From: Neophaeotheca triangularis
Taxonomy: Eukaryota
NCBI GenBank assembly: GCA_054600435.1
Contig: BAAIJX010000006.1
Location: forward strand, 1 to 64,000
Length of the DNA stretch: 64,000 nt
Direction of reading: 5' to 3'
Below, piece after piece: positions 9,731 through 22,410 of the stretch. Position 1 is the first letter of the stretch. Every line of letters starts with the position of its first letter. Made by a program: the position numbers and the translations under genes. Below the pieces are notes generated by a model. The model searched no databases. It had not been told where the DNA came from and saw only the letters and a list, made by a program, of their open reading frames with translations.

Positions 9731-10148
9731 CTCGACATGCCGCGACAAACAGCTGGTAATGAATTGAAATGGAAATTTTCAAGTAGGGAATGTCGCGCTC
9801 AACAAGGAAGTTTGAAGGGTCTAAGGTAGGTAGGTAAGTAGGTACTTATGCAGCTTGTGTAACGGTGGTGGACACGATCGCGCCATGGGGTTGCTTCGAA
9901 AGCTTACAGTAGGTAAGTATGTAACAAGCTTGCCCTGCGAGAACGTCCACGGGTGAGACCAGAAAGCTCGGCGTGTGAGGAACGTTCACACTGTCTTTAT
10001 TTTCAACGTCCACTTAAATACAACAAGAAGCCTGTCGGTGAGATATGCTCTTCAAGACGAAACTAGAATGGACGTGGCGTGACGATGGTGAGATTACGAC
10101 AGAGGAACGGAGGAAATTACAGCTACGACTGATCGCTCTTCCACCAAT

Positions 10149-11992
10149 CTACCGCCCCTCTTCATATTGAGAGACAATCCTGTCCTTCTCCAACTCCTTG
10201 TTCCTGTCCAGCGCCTCTGTGTCCCCGCTCTTCTCAATCTCAGCCAATGCCCGAGCAGCACCATGAGTCTGGTAGTTCTTGAACTGCCACGCCCGCAGCT
10301 TAGCGCCAAAAAGCTCGTCGACTTCCTCCAATGTTCGGCCCTGGCAGATGATAAGCACTCGAGAACAAACGACATGCTGGAGACGAGTTCCAAGCCTACC
10401 TTGAGTTCTGGAAAGAACAGCACTGACCATACAACAGAGAATGCAGCAACCGAGCCAAAGATCCATCCTATATTAGAGCCCATGGAGGGCAAAAGGTATG
10501 GTGTGACGAATGTGACGAGGAACGCTGCGACGACATCCATGGCGGTACCAAAAGCCTAGTCAGTAGTCAGTGTATGCCCGGGCACCCGCAGTCACGAAAC
10601 GAGGCCTACCAAAGTCTTCTTACGCAACCGCACACCTCCAATCTCGGCTCCGGTCAGGAAGGCAGTGTTTGAGGCCGAAATACGTGTGAAGGCCGGGAGG
10701 AGGACGAAACAAGCTACCAGAGTGTTTGTCTCGTTTTGGTTGGGGTTGTTTGTCAGACCCACTCCAGATCCCAGATAGAGCAGGAAGGCGCAAGCGGCGC
10801 TCGCGTAGATCATCAGCGGTCGACGGCCAGCGATATCAAAAAGGACGATACCAAGTCCACCGCCAAACACCCCTACTGCTTGGCCAATGATTGTGTAAGT
10901 GAAGGACATGGCTCCGAGGCCTTCCTGAACGTAAAAGGTCGGGGCGTAAGATTGAACAAACTGGTTGCCGTTGGTCTGCTCGAGGATGAAGAGGGTTGTA
11001 GCAATCTGGTGAAGATCATGTCAGCGGAGGCCCTACTCCATCCGATTCTCTCCGTACTCACCCAAGTCTGCCTGATGTGTCCGCGCCGGAAAAGATCCAA
11101 CCAAGAAGCTGTCTCGGTCGCCAGACTCTCCTCAACCACCAACTCCAAAGCATCAGCCTCGGCAGCAGTCGCTCCGTTCGCGACCTCTTCCTTGCGGCGA
11201 ATCTTGTCCAAATTCTTCTTAGCCTCCTGCGGCCTACCCTTGAAAATGAGCCATCGCGGCGACTCCGGTGTCAAGGGTACCAAGGCAAGGATGCCGACGG
11301 CAGGAATGAATTGCATAGCGGTGGGAATCATCCAGCCCTCTCTTCCAAGGTGCGTCGCGTAAGCTCGAGACATTCCCGCTCCCCACAAGTTTCCTAGACC
11401 CGTGAAGAACATGATAGATCCGGACAGAAGACCTCTGCAGGCAGGCGGTGATGTCTCCGCGTTGTACCCGGGAACCACATTTTCCACCAAACCAACGGCG
11501 AAGTAGGCCACAAGGCGGCCGGCAGTGAACTGCCCCCAGTGATAGGCAGTGATTTCAACTGTATTGCGGTCAGCATTCGCAGAGTTTTCAAACTGTTCAA
11601 CGGCGAATGGCAGCCTTACTTATAACACCAATACTCTGGATGATGGCGACAGCGTACATGCTTTTCTTGAAACCAAGTCGCTCGATGAAGGCATCTGCAC
11701 CAAGGCAGCCCAGTAGTTTGCCAATCCATGGTAGGCTGTTCATCAAAGATTTCCTCACAGCCGGCAGAATATACTCATCCCCGTCGAGCTCTCCAAAGCG
11801 GCGGAGGAAAGAAGGTAGAGCTTGCAATGAGCCGAAAGATCCAGTATCACTACGGGCATGTTAGTGTGTGGTCAAGGAACGGCTGCGATGCTAGAGGGGT
11901 CCTCACAGGCCAAAGAGAATGGCGCCCTGCAAGAAGACCAGGCTGTTGAAGATGATATACGGAGTCAACTGGCTCCATGTATCCTTGGCCAT
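10149..11992 (-). CDS. MFS sugar porter family transporter (multi-exon)
   Basis: ATG at 11992 (MAKDTWSQLTPYII). Motifs ERLGFKK, YNAETSPPACRG, PESPRWL, DIAGRRPL, FFPELK/GRTLEEVDELF. GT-AG introns join the ORF fragments. Confidence 0.88.
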
Positions 11993-12704
11993 GGTTTCGG
12001 GTTGCTGAAAGTCTTCAGCCGCTCGCGTCACTTGGGAAAAAGAGTGAAAAAGGCTTCTCTCAAAAGGCTAATGGTCTGATATGGGCTGAGAAGTTGACTT
12101 ATATGCAAGCACTGCTCTCACACAGAGTTATTCAGATCAGTGCGGAGCCCCGCCTGAGAGACATGCTACCTCACGAGGTTTAGGCGAAGGTTGGAGAAAT
12201 ATATGCGAATCGGTGGACGTTTTGGACGCTGGTAGACATGCTTGTCGACGGCAGTGCTTGTAGCTCCAAGCTAAGGTCTGGAAATACAGGGGCCGATGTC
12301 TCATTGTTGGTCGGTTCTTCTACAGCACAAAAAGTTGAGGCGATGAGATGATGAGAGTGGCGTGGCTGGGGCCGAAAATCTCAGGTACCTTCGGTTGTCG
12401 GTCGGGAGTCTGATACCTAGGTAGAGATGTATCCCGGATGTCGGTGCGGGCGAGATCCTGTGCTTCGTCGAGAGACAAAACGCCTGAGGCACAAATACCT
12501 TACCGTATTTGCCGCTGGCTTTGGTGATAGTCTGGCGCTGTTCACGTTCGTTCCATGTTCACGTCCCATCATCGCGCACAACACCCTTCGCAGAGGACGC
12601 CAGGGAGCTTCCTACTGCTATGACACCGTCACTGCACTCGAAACCACCGCTATCAAATATCGCATTGACTTGTAACGTGGAAAACATCATTCATTAAGCG
12701 TTTA

Positions 12705-14169
12705 CTATTCATCAAACCGACGACTTTGAGTAGAAGCATTACTATCACTCTCATACCAAGTAATCTCGGTACCGCGGGTCGCCAAAGAGTCTCGCTTGTG
12801 GTGCGCACGAGACTGACCCCCCATCTCGTTCATTTCATAGCCTGCTCCTTGTGCCTGCGTGGGAGACCAGGGTCTCATGCCAGGGCCATCGAGGTCTGAG
12901 GTTGGGGTGTGAGATCGATCGCCCATTGAAAACTTATCCCGGACATCCAGAGAGATCGGCGTGTGAGATTGATCGCCGGTAGAAGACTTGTCTCGGACAG
13001 TCAGGAAAGCCGCGTCTTCCTTTTCCACATCCAGACAATGGGGGTCTCGATTCCTCGAGTCCTTCTCTGACTTGCTCTGCAAGCTATCTTGCAAAAAGGC
13101 GGGAGACTTCGCTCTCGACGGGCGAGAAGTGGTGTCATATGTCTCTTGCGCGCTCCGTGCCCAGGTGGAGCCTAGATAGTGTTTGAAAAACACACGCAAG
13201 GCAGGAGCGCTGGCGGCCATCATCGCGAGCTGTAACTCCACTTGCGCCCATACAAAAACATCGAAGATGGCGGAACTGACGTCGGCTTTGATAGAGACCT
13301 CTGGGAAAGAAATGAGCGCTTGTCGATCGATCTTGAATGAATGCATGACTTACGTATTGTGTAATAGGTACGGACGCCGCATGCGGCAACGACTACCAAT
13401 CCCAGGGAAAAGACGGCGTTTAGAGCAATCTTCTGGCGTCGAGGCATCTGCAGCTTCCAAGTCATGGCCCAAGGCAAGCCCACGGCGTATAGGTCGCCTG
13501 GTATGGCAAACGCGCCGGAAAGTGCGTTGATGACCGAAGTATCCGCGCAGTTAAAGTCCTTCTGGTAGGTAGGATCGAAAGCCTTCCAGTAAGCCTCAAA
13601 AGGCGTGCAGTTGAGAAACAACGCCAGAATGAAGGCAAGAGTCCATGCCACTGTGAATCCAATGGCGACAAAGACGGCTATCTTCCACCTTTTGGAAAAA
13701 GTGCCCGCGACAAGCCGGCGATAGAACAAGAGAATCGAGATTCTGACCATGCAGCTGCCGAACAGGTAGCCAAACTCCCCGAGCCAGACGAGCAAAGCCA
13801 GCTCTGAGAAATTATCGGGTGGTATATCCCAGAAATGACGCTTAGCCAGAGCGTCTTCAGAGACCAAAATCGCAGTAATCGTGAACATGACCCCAGTCAA
13901 CCAGCCAATGAACAGAAACAGCTTCGTCTAGTTAGCAGCCGGTGTGAGACCGTGTCTGGCTGGGTAAAGCAACGTACATCGTCAAGACCCAGCTCGCCAC
14001 CCACTCGCCTCAGCCTGACCCAGGAACGAAGACCGACCATAATCGTCGCGGCAGCGAACCAAACGGACGCGAAAGCCGGTAAGTAGTCTCGCGTCTCAGG
14101 GTTTTCATAGTTGGGAGTTGGCCATGCGGCGATGTCCTCTGCCGTGAGGTGGATGATGTTGCCAGGCAT
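12705..14169 (-). CDS. PTH11-like (rhodopsin-domain) integral membrane protein, no CFEM
   Basis: WPTPNYENPETR, ELGLDD, RHFWDIP, RISILLFYRRL, LNCTPFEAYW, WKLQMPRRQKIAL, ELQLAMMAASAPALR. Two introns. Confidence 0.88.
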
Positions 14170-15221
14170 ATCGGTGACCACGGGTGAAGGCAATGGATCA
14201 CAGATGGCGAATTCAGAGCGCTGCAGTAGAGGCTGGGCAGAACGGTTGGAAAGAAAGAAAAAGGGAATACCTCCGAAGGTCTCGGCCTAGGGAAGAAGAA
14301 GGCGTGCAGATGTAGTGGAGGTGGATGGGAAGATATAATGGGAACACTGACTCGAGGCTCATGCAAGTGCGTGGCCTGAAACCTGCTCTATCCACCAACT
14401 TCTCACCTTGTCTTTGCAAAAGCGTCTTTCGAAGTAACAATTCAAAGCGGCAACGGAAAGCTTCCACAAGCATTATGATTTACAAGCTTTCCGGTACTGT
14501 AAGTCCAACGCTTATCGCTATTTCAAAGGTATAGGAGAATAACATATGGCTTGTCGTTGATCTGCGAACGGCAACATGGCTTTTTTGGGCCAAAATTACT
14601 GTCCGACGGCAGTTTTATAAGGTTCTCGTTCGGAGTGTCGAACAAGGTTTTTTAAAACGGTCATTTCCAGAACCCTAGCTGAGCGGATGCAATTGGAAGT
14701 GTCCCCGTTTCTAAACCTGCCGCCATTGTCAGAATGGTCCCAGATGCTCAAGAGCATAGCAGTCCGGTATAGCAACGCTGCGCAAGGATGCTATGGGCGC
14801 TCGCTAGAATCTAGTCGAGTTCCTTGAGCAGTGACAATAATAATGTGTCAAGTTCTGTCGACGACCCAAAAACCGTTCTCCGCCCTACAGCAATCTGAGA
14901 CAAGCTCGAAAGCTTGGAGATACCCGTGGTTGGCAGCGAGTCATGCAAAGGTCAAGAGACGCGAGTCAATCACGTCTCGAGGTCTAAAACACTGCCAATC
15001 TGCAAGACGAATGCCTGATTGTTATACTGAAGAACCTTCCCGAGTTGAAAGATTTGTCGAGTCGTGCAGGGTCATCATGAGTGTCGAACCGTCGATCGAA
15101 GGGACCAACAATGTTTGGGGGGTTCAAGGATCACCTTCTTAGTAGTCAAAGCCAACGACCTCGAACAGGTCCGTCGCAGCTATCCCCACAGGCGTTCCCT
15201 CTCTGCTACATACAACCTACC

Positions 15222-16514
15222 TTACCCCCCTTTCCCCAAAAACGTCAGCGCAGCGACAACATACCCCTCAATCCCCGTCTGCAGCGTCGGTCTCAAAACC
15301 GGCGCAAACAGCCCACTATGATTAATCGCAATCTTCTCACTCAGCGTGCCCTCAACCTCACACTGATCCCAAAACCCCTGCTCCACACATCCATACATAA
15401 AGAAGCAACTCGGCCTATCCACAGCACTGGCCAGGATGCTGAAATCTTCGCTAGCGCCCGAGCGCGGGATGTCGGAGTCGTAAGAGTCGAAGTGCGCACC
15501 GAAGGTTGATTCGAGCTTTTCGGTGATCGTGGTGTCGTTGATGGTTAGGGGGAAGGAGCGGGTAGTGATAAAGGTGGGTTCGGCGACAGCGTTGCTAGAC
15601 ATGGCTTCGGCGTTGACGATGCGTTTGATGCTGTCGAGCACTTTTTGTCGCGTTTTGGCGTTGATCGCGCGGACGTCGACAGCTAGGCGCGCATCGTCGC
15701 AGACTATGTTCTCGGCGTCGCCAGCTTGGATTGAAGCAACGGTTACCACTGCGCTGTCGTCGGAGGCGACTTCGCGGCTGACGATGGTTTGAAGCTTCAT
15801 GACGGTGCTAGCAGCCATAACGACAGGATCGATAAGGCGGTCGGGCATGCTGGCGTGACCACCGCGACCATGCAGGGTAAGGCGCATAGAGTCGGCAGAG
15901 TTCATGATGAGGCCGCGTTTAGTGCCGATCGTGCCTGAGCGAAACGGCATAACGTGGGCACCAAGGACGATGTCAGGGATGGGTACGGCGTGGCGTCGAG
16001 GGTCGTAGAGGCCGTCGTCGATCATCGCTTGGGCGCCAGTGCCGCGCTCTTCGGCGGGTTGGAAAATCAGGAGAAGTGTGCCGCTCCAGTGAGCTTTGGC
16101 GGCGATGAGAGTCTCAGCCGCTGCAAGAAGGGAAGTAATGTGCATGTCGTGCCCGCAGGCGTGCATGACTGGTTTCTCTACGCCATCAGCGTCCCGCATG
16201 CGTTTTCTGCTCGCGTAGGGAAGATTGGTGCGCTCTTGAACTGGCAGCGCGTCAAAGTCAGCGCGCAAGAGCACAGTGGGACCGTCGCCCTCGGAGCCAC
16301 TGCCATTGCGGAAGAGAGCTGCAATCCCGTGCCCGCCGATGTCAGGGCGAACGTTGAAGTCTGAAGAAAGACCGAGGAGGTGTTGGACCAAGGTTGCAGC
16401 AGTCTCTTTCTCCTGATTAGAGAGCTCTGGGTTGGCGTGGAAATGTTTGTATAGTTCCTCGTACTGTGCAAGGTCCGGGCGGTACTTGGAGACGACTTCT
16501 GAAATGGAAGGCAT
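15222..16514 (-). CDS. M20 family (Acy1-like / hippurate hydrolase-like) amidohydrolase
   Basis: HANPELSNQE, LRADFDALP, MHACGHDMH, FQPAEE, GRGGHAS, SEDFS. Intronless, 430 aa. Confidence 0.92.
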   Translation of the reverse strand: MPSISEVVSKYRPDLAQYEELYKHFHANPELSNQEKETAATLVQHLLGLSSDFNVRPDIGGHGIAALFRNGSGSEGDGPTVLLRADFDALPVQERTNLPYASRKRMRDADGVEKPVMHACGHDMHITSLLAAAETLIAAKAHWSGTLLLIFQPAEERGTGAQAMIDDGLYDPRRHAVPIPDIVLGAHVMPFRSGTIGTKRGLIMNSADSMRLTLHGRGGHASMPDRLIDPVVMAASTVMKLQTIVSREVASDDSAVVTVASIQAGDAENIVCDDARLAVDVRAINAKTRQKVLDSIKRIVNAEAMSSNAVAEPTFITTRSFPLTINDTTITEKLESTFGAHFDSYDSDIPRSGASEDFSILASAVDRPSCFFMYGCVEQGFWDQCEVEGTLSEKIAINHSGLFAPVLRPTLQTGIEGYVVAALTFLGKGG

Positions 16515-16800
16515 AGTGATGTGAGTGAGATAGAATGACTAAAGAATGCTACGTACGCGTTTCGTGCAGCTGTTTTGCAAGAGACGTGCAAAGACGACTG
16601 ACTTCCAGTGCAATTGGAGGACTCGAAGAAGTGACAGAATGAGCTCCGCCGAAAGTCGGACAGTTGTTGAAGCTGTCCGAAACAGGCAGGAGGAAAGCAC
16701 TCTTGGCATTGTTGCGCCAGCTTGCTCGGATTATGATAGAAACGCCATGGGGTATACCACCTTTGCAAGTTTGCGCCATTGTACGCCATATGACCACCTC

Positions 16801-18057
16801 TCAGACGTCTCCTAAGTCCACTTCGTTCGCGTCGTTCATTGCAACATCCGTCTCATTCTCCACCTCTTCCGCCGTCCCCTCGTCTTTCATCCATACCTTC
16901 CGAGCAACAAGCAGGTCGCGTTGGCCGTACAGGTCGCCTGTGATTGTGATGATCATGTCGAGGACCGTGCGAGTTGCATCTGTGATTGACTTTTGCTCAG
17001 CCGCGTTAGTCACTGGAATGATGTAGTTGCTTTTGACGCTAAGCTTCCAACCGAAAAGGGAAGACGGTACCTCTGAATAACGCGAAGCCGGATCTGCGAC
17101 GTTGTCCGCGAGGCTGAAGTCGTCATCATCCCAAGCCTCTTCACCGTCCAGCGCCGCTGCAGCCTCGGGGTTGTCGAAAGACAGCTGAACGATGATGGCC
17201 TTCCTCGCAAACTCCCTGATGCGTCCCACCTGCTCGCTCTCCATGAAGCCAACGTTGTCGAGTTTGGCGAAAAGCGACCAGATCCAAGCGCACGTGATGG
17301 GGTCAATGTTGGCGCCGCACTTCAGAAAGCGCGATTTTACGAGACCTATGGCCTTGATAGCGGTCATCTGGGTCATCGCTTTGAGCTGACAAGCAACGGG
17401 CGGGCGGGATTGTAACATCCTCTTCCACTTAGCCCAGAGTCTAGGCTCGAAAGAACCCAACTCGCATGGCTGATCGTCGTCGAGGGCCTGGAGGCTGGTT
17501 GCCGTAGGTTGAGACTGCAAGCGCTCGCGGAGCTGCAGAAATTGTTTCTTCAAAGACTGGTAGTAGGCAATTTGAGGTGCAGAAAGGCTGGCGTCTTCAT
17601 CTTGCTGCCGGGATTTGTTGCGTGGAGCCCACGAAGCTTCATGATAGACAGAGGCGACGAGGTCGGGTCCTTCAGGAATTGTAGCGACAGTAGTGTACTG
17701 CTTCATACCCGCTGCCTCGTCTTTGACCTTGCGAAGATACACCTGAAGCTCTTCGTCGGCACCCTCAAGGCCGAAGGCACCGTTCTGGAAATGGACTTCG
17801 TCTTCCTGTGCTGGTTTTTCTGCAAGTTGATCTGGGTTAGCCTGCCGTTGCGCCATCAATGCCCAAACTTTATGTATACTACCTGGCTGTGCTCTCTCTG
17901 GTGAAGGTGCGCGAGGCACTGCGGGCGTGTATGGTTGAGGGGCTGGCGAGGCCTCGTCGTCGGAGTCGTAGCGAAGGAGGGTACGGCCGGAGGGATCGTA
18001 TGGCGTCTCGCGTACGTTCTTTGGACGGTCTCTTTCTCTCCGACGGTATGGTGCCAT
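16801..18057 (-). CDS. Gemin2/SIP1-like (SMN-interacting) protein
   Basis: YLRKVKDEA, CAWIWSLFAKL, IREFARKA and C-terminal LDMIITITGDLYGQRDL resemble Gemin2 family motifs. First ATG at 18057; possible in-frame intron 16990-17070. Confidence 0.7.
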   Translation of the reverse strand: MAPYRRRERDRPKNVRETPYDPSGRTLLRYDSDDEASPAPQPYTPAVPRAPSPERAQPGSIHKVWALMAQRQANPDQLAEKPAQEDEVHFQNGAFGLEGADEELQVYLRKVKDEAAGMKQYTTVATIPEGPDLVASVYHEASWAPRNKSRQQDEDASLSAPQIAYYQSLKKQFLQLRERLQSQPTATSLQALDDDQPCELGSFEPRLWAKWKRMLQSRPPVACQLKAMTQMTAIKAIGLVKSRFLKCGANIDPITCAWIWSLFAKLDNVGFMESEQVGRIREFARKAIIVQLSFDNPEAAAALDGEEAWDDDDFSLADNVADPASRYSEVPSSLFGWKLSVKSNYIIPVTNAAEQKSITDATRTVLDMIITITGDLYGQRDLLVARKVWMKDEGTAEEVENETDVAMNDANEVDLGDV

Positions 18058-19237
18058 GGTAGCGGTGTCGAGGCAGAGTCGGCGTGGTGCCGAAAAGTTG
18101 AGGTGTTGTCGCAAAGAAACCTCGAATGCCATCAAGGTGAACAACCTTGAAAGCTGGAAGCTTGGGTCGCCTTGGCATCGCTATCGATAAGAGTCGGTCT
18201 CCCCCCGCAACCCCTGTCACTTCTTCCTCTTCTTTCTCGAGCGCTAACTTCGCTCAACCAATATCCACCGCTATCAACTTATAAAACGATGCCTCACTGC
18301 TACCGTACTAATAAACCTGCCGTACTGGGCTACCAAACCGGTCGATATGCGCGGCGAAGAAAATGACTGCCTGGTAGAGCGGCGTGAGCGCAAATCTCCT
18401 GGCGGCGATGTCGGGCGCCAATCCAATCACTTTTGACCTGCGTTTATTTGGCGCTACCAGGATTGTTGTGACCTTTCGATCATGAGATGTTGATTTTCGA
18501 GCCTTTGAATGTTACAGCACCAATCGTCACCTCGCCGGGCCATCTCGGTTACCATGTTTCTCCCTCTCAGCTGTACTCGGCGCGATGCGTTCAATGAACG
18601 GCGGAAAGAAGGTGCCGTGGATGATATCTTTGGCATCCGACAGCTAGCGTCAATTGTTATGCCCGCCAGTCAGAGGCCATCTTCACAGTGTTAAGGTATT
18701 ATATCTCCACTAGTACAGTACAGTAGGCTTCCATTGCTACTTCAATGACACTTCTATGTACCTCGTACTCTTCCATCCACTACAATTAAACCTACAACTA
18801 CAACTACAAGTGTTCAAAAGTCATATGCTTCGCACTTTGGAATCGCCACTCGACCCGTCACCCCACGCATGGCCAAGTGAACGGTCAGGTCGACGTGCAG
18901 CAGCAGCCCTCACCTTCTCCGCCTCGGCTTTGAGACGATCCATCCTCAGCGCATGACCTCGAGATCAACACAGCCTATTACCTACAAGTAGGTACCTAAC
19001 TTTGCCCACTTACTGTACCACCCTGCTTGACTAGTACCTACTCTTCCAGACTGCCACACACACACATGACCAAGTAGTAGCGAGCATTAACGACGTAACG
19101 ACTTTGCCCATGACATTCTGACTCCCACCAAAAGGCGCCGCCGAGCGTCTCGAATAGTACGACCAACCAACTAAGTAAATACACTTTGAAAACAACCAAT
19201 CCAACACTACATCCTACATCGTCTCCCATCACCGACC

Positions 19238-21789
19238 ATGCGACCTCTGCGCTTCCTCCTGACCCTCTCCACTTTCGTCCTCGCCTTCGTCCTCACCCTC
19301 TTGCTCAGCCCGTGGCGGCAAGAAGCCCAAGTCTCCATCAGCGACAATAGCGGCCTAACGACATTTTTTAACTGGCGGACTCCATCCTCGCTATTTCCGC
19401 CTTCCGCTATCATCAGTCTGACCGATGATAACTCGACATTCTTCCTCGCGAGACCGGCGGCTTTTGGTCCAGTGCTACCGACCAAGAGCTTAAGCGGGCA
19501 GCTGTGGGTGGGCAGCGGGTTTGGGGAGGATCATCTGGGTGCCGACGCTGAGGGGGAGCTGGGGTGCAGTGATGTCCCCGGATGGGGGGATGGGGTATAT
19601 GGCGTTCCTACTGCGATGGGCTTGAAGAAGGTCACTGAGGATGCTTCTATACTCACTGGTATGAGCAAGGGGTTGACAGGCGGCAAGGCCAAAAGGAGCC
19701 AGGTTGAAGAGGGTATGGGGGCGAAAGAGAAGGACACTGATGGAAAGGACGGGACGGACGATCATCTACATCATCCACTACCGGCCTCTGATGGTTTGAA
19801 GACGAATGGGAGGCCTGCGGGGACTACTCGGAGACCTACCCATGCCGACATCCAGAGTTTGCAGGAGAGCGCAGAGATTGCTGGCAAGGTTGTTTTGCTG
19901 AGTCGAGGAGGCTGCGGGTTTCTGGAAAAGGTCAAGTGGGTGCAACGGCGAGGAGGTGTGGCTCTGATTGTGGGCGACGATATAAGAGGAGGACCGTTGG
20001 TGACCATGTATGCCAGAGGCGACACTTCCAACGTCACGATACCTTCACTATTCACCTCACATACCACAGCGCACCTACTATCGAGCTTGATTCCGTCCGG
20101 CGGCGCGATAGATGATGTCACGGTCGAAGATGCGGCGAGGCTGGGACTTGCTTTTGGAGACAAGAGTAGTAAGACTGAGCAGAAAGAGGTCGACGACGGG
20201 CCAAACTTTACCGCAACCACTGCTGCTGTGAAAGCCACACCCAAATCGAACAGCCGGACAAAAGACGGCGAGAACCCCTCCCCTCTGCGCGATCGCGAAG
20301 CTCCGTTGGAAGAGGAAGAAGCCTCCAAGGCTAGCTGGCTACAGTCCCTGTTCTCAAGCCGGTCAGTTTCGAGCGGCCCTGGCGATAGCAGACGCCCTCC
20401 GAGCAGCGGCAATATTGAGTGGATACAACAGGAAGAGTTTGTCGAGGACGAAGACGAGGGACCAAGTACTAGCACCAGGATTATCCGGCCGACCGCTGCA
20501 TCGAAACAAGGTGATGATTTTGTGATTGGCGTGCAAGATTGGCGGGACCCCGATCTTGTGGCTGCACAAAAAGAGGAAGCTTCAAGTTCGGCAGCGGCTG
20601 CACAAGACACTAAAGCGCCTGGTTGGAAGAGTCTGATTGCCTCTGGCCGCAATAGACATGGCAAATCACGCCACGGGGGTGTCGATCTCGTCACCTCAGG
20701 TGAGGAACTGATGCAAGGCGATGAGGAGTCCACCGAGGAGCCGGAAGAAGGCTGGCTTTCATGGCTCATACATAGCGACGACGACGAGAAAGACGACCAC
20801 CAGGCGATGGACGAGCCCACAATCTCTAAGGACGAAAACAGACACACCGTGCACGACCAACCAACCCACCTTTACCAACCCACCTCGAAATCTACCTCGG
20901 ACCATACCGGGCTTTGGGTTACCATCACCCCGACCTCCATGTCCTCATCCCCTTTCTTCGACACCCTCCTAGTCTTAGTCGTATCCCCACTAGTCACCCT
21001 CACGGTCGTCTACGCCCTACTGCTCCTCCGATCCCGCCTGCGCCGTCGCAGATGGCGCGCCCCAAAATCCGTTGTCGAGCGGCTCCCCGTGCGGACGTAC
21101 CAGACAATGCCTAGCAACACCAGCTCAGGCACCTCACCAACCACATCCTCGATCTCCAGTCCTACGGGCACCAACGCAACCACGCCGCTTCTCCCCTCAA
21201 GCCCGCGTGCTATCACCTCCCGACCACATTCTCGCACCACTTCCGACGTCGGCGCCAGCGCCTCAGTTCCCTCGGTCGCCGAGCCCTCGCTTGAGCAAAT
21301 TGAAGAAAAGCGCGCGGCAGGTCTAGCCGAATGGAGGCGTCGCTACGGCGGGAAACAGCGCGAATGCGTCGTGTGTCTGGAGGAATACGTCGACGGCGTA
21401 AGTCGCGTCATGAGCCTGCCGTGCGGGCATGAGTTTCACGTCGAGTGCATGTAAGCTTTCCAAACTTCCAGACTAAGCCAGTCCTTCTGTACGTTTAGGC
21501 TGACTATGACAGTACCCCCTGGCTAACAACCCGGCGCCGCACGTGCCCGATTTGCAAAGGCGACGTCGTACGCTCGCTATCTCGACACGGGGGGAGCAAC
21601 ACGACAACGGATGCATCCGCTTCGACGACGGGCCCGGCGGTTCTGGAACCTTACTACGATGACGATGGGCCAGACGAGGTTCAGGAAGAGGCGGCGCTGG
21701 CGAGGAACGAGGACCCCGCGGCTGCGAGGCCAGTGTTGAGTAGAGAGGAGGAGGCTTTTGCCGATTTGGAGGGGGGAAGGAGGCGGTGA
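19238..21789 (+). CDS. PA-domain / transmembrane / RING-H2 E3 ubiquitin ligase
   Basis: N-terminal hydrophobic segment, PA domain (GKVVLLSRGGCGFLEKV), TM helix. RING CVVCLEEY..LPCGHEFHVEC is completed after an intron from 21451 by ITPWLTTRRRTCPICK. Stop TGA at 21787-21789. Confidence 0.92.
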
Positions 21790-22153
21790 AGTTGATTTGT
21801 TCTTGCTGCAATGCCCTGATGTGCAGTAGCTGTGTTGGCGTTGCTTTGCAAGCTTTCCTGCGTGCATAGCGAGGGTTCTCGGGCTTTTCACCACCTTACC
21901 TACTTTTTGTGGATGGGAGATTGCTTCTTTTTTTTTGTTTTTGTTCCTGGCTCTAGGAGGGCGTCGCGAGGGATATGCCACGGCACGGTGGCGTTTTACA
22001 CACGGTTGATACCCTACTACTCTCCCTCCTACTCGTCTTCACTTTTTCCCTATTTGGGAGCGCAATCGATTAGCATTCATAGCGCGTGGTTTGGAAGCAA
22101 AAAAAACGCATACAGGTGGCGAGTCGTTGATCTCTATCTCAGCCACAGTACTT

Positions 22154-22410
22154 GCCTACCTACCTACCTACCTACCTACTTACCTGTCTACCTACTTTCC
22201 AGTAGCTTGGGTATGGAACGTGACGTCTTGGGTTTCGGTGAGCACGACTCGAGCCGTGTGGGTGGACTGGACTGGACTGGACTGGACTTGGCAAGAGATA
22301 TGTCATGTCCGTCGGGTGTGAGTAGTGCAGGGCAGATTTGCATGTGACAAAGGGTAACAGCATCGGCCAGTGTGTGTGTGTGTATGTATGTATGTATGTA
22401 TATATGTATG
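22154..22410. repeat. Microsatellite cluster: (CCTA)n, (GGACT)n, (GT)n, (GTAT)n
   Basis: Short tandem repeats visible directly in the intergenic region. Confidence 0.85.

Noticed and set aside
5856..16514. Horizontal transfer of the intronless sulfatase or amidohydrolase from bacteria
   Set aside because: Lack of introns is not evidence (REV3 and CAB2 here are also intronless) and composition matches the neighbours. A phylogeny would be required.
19771..20847. 358-aa antisense ORF, and similar shadow ORFs at 45463-46284, 55317-56165 and 40359-41213
   Set aside because: They overlap well-supported genes in antisense or alternate frames, have no motifs, and are expected in GC-rich coding DNA.
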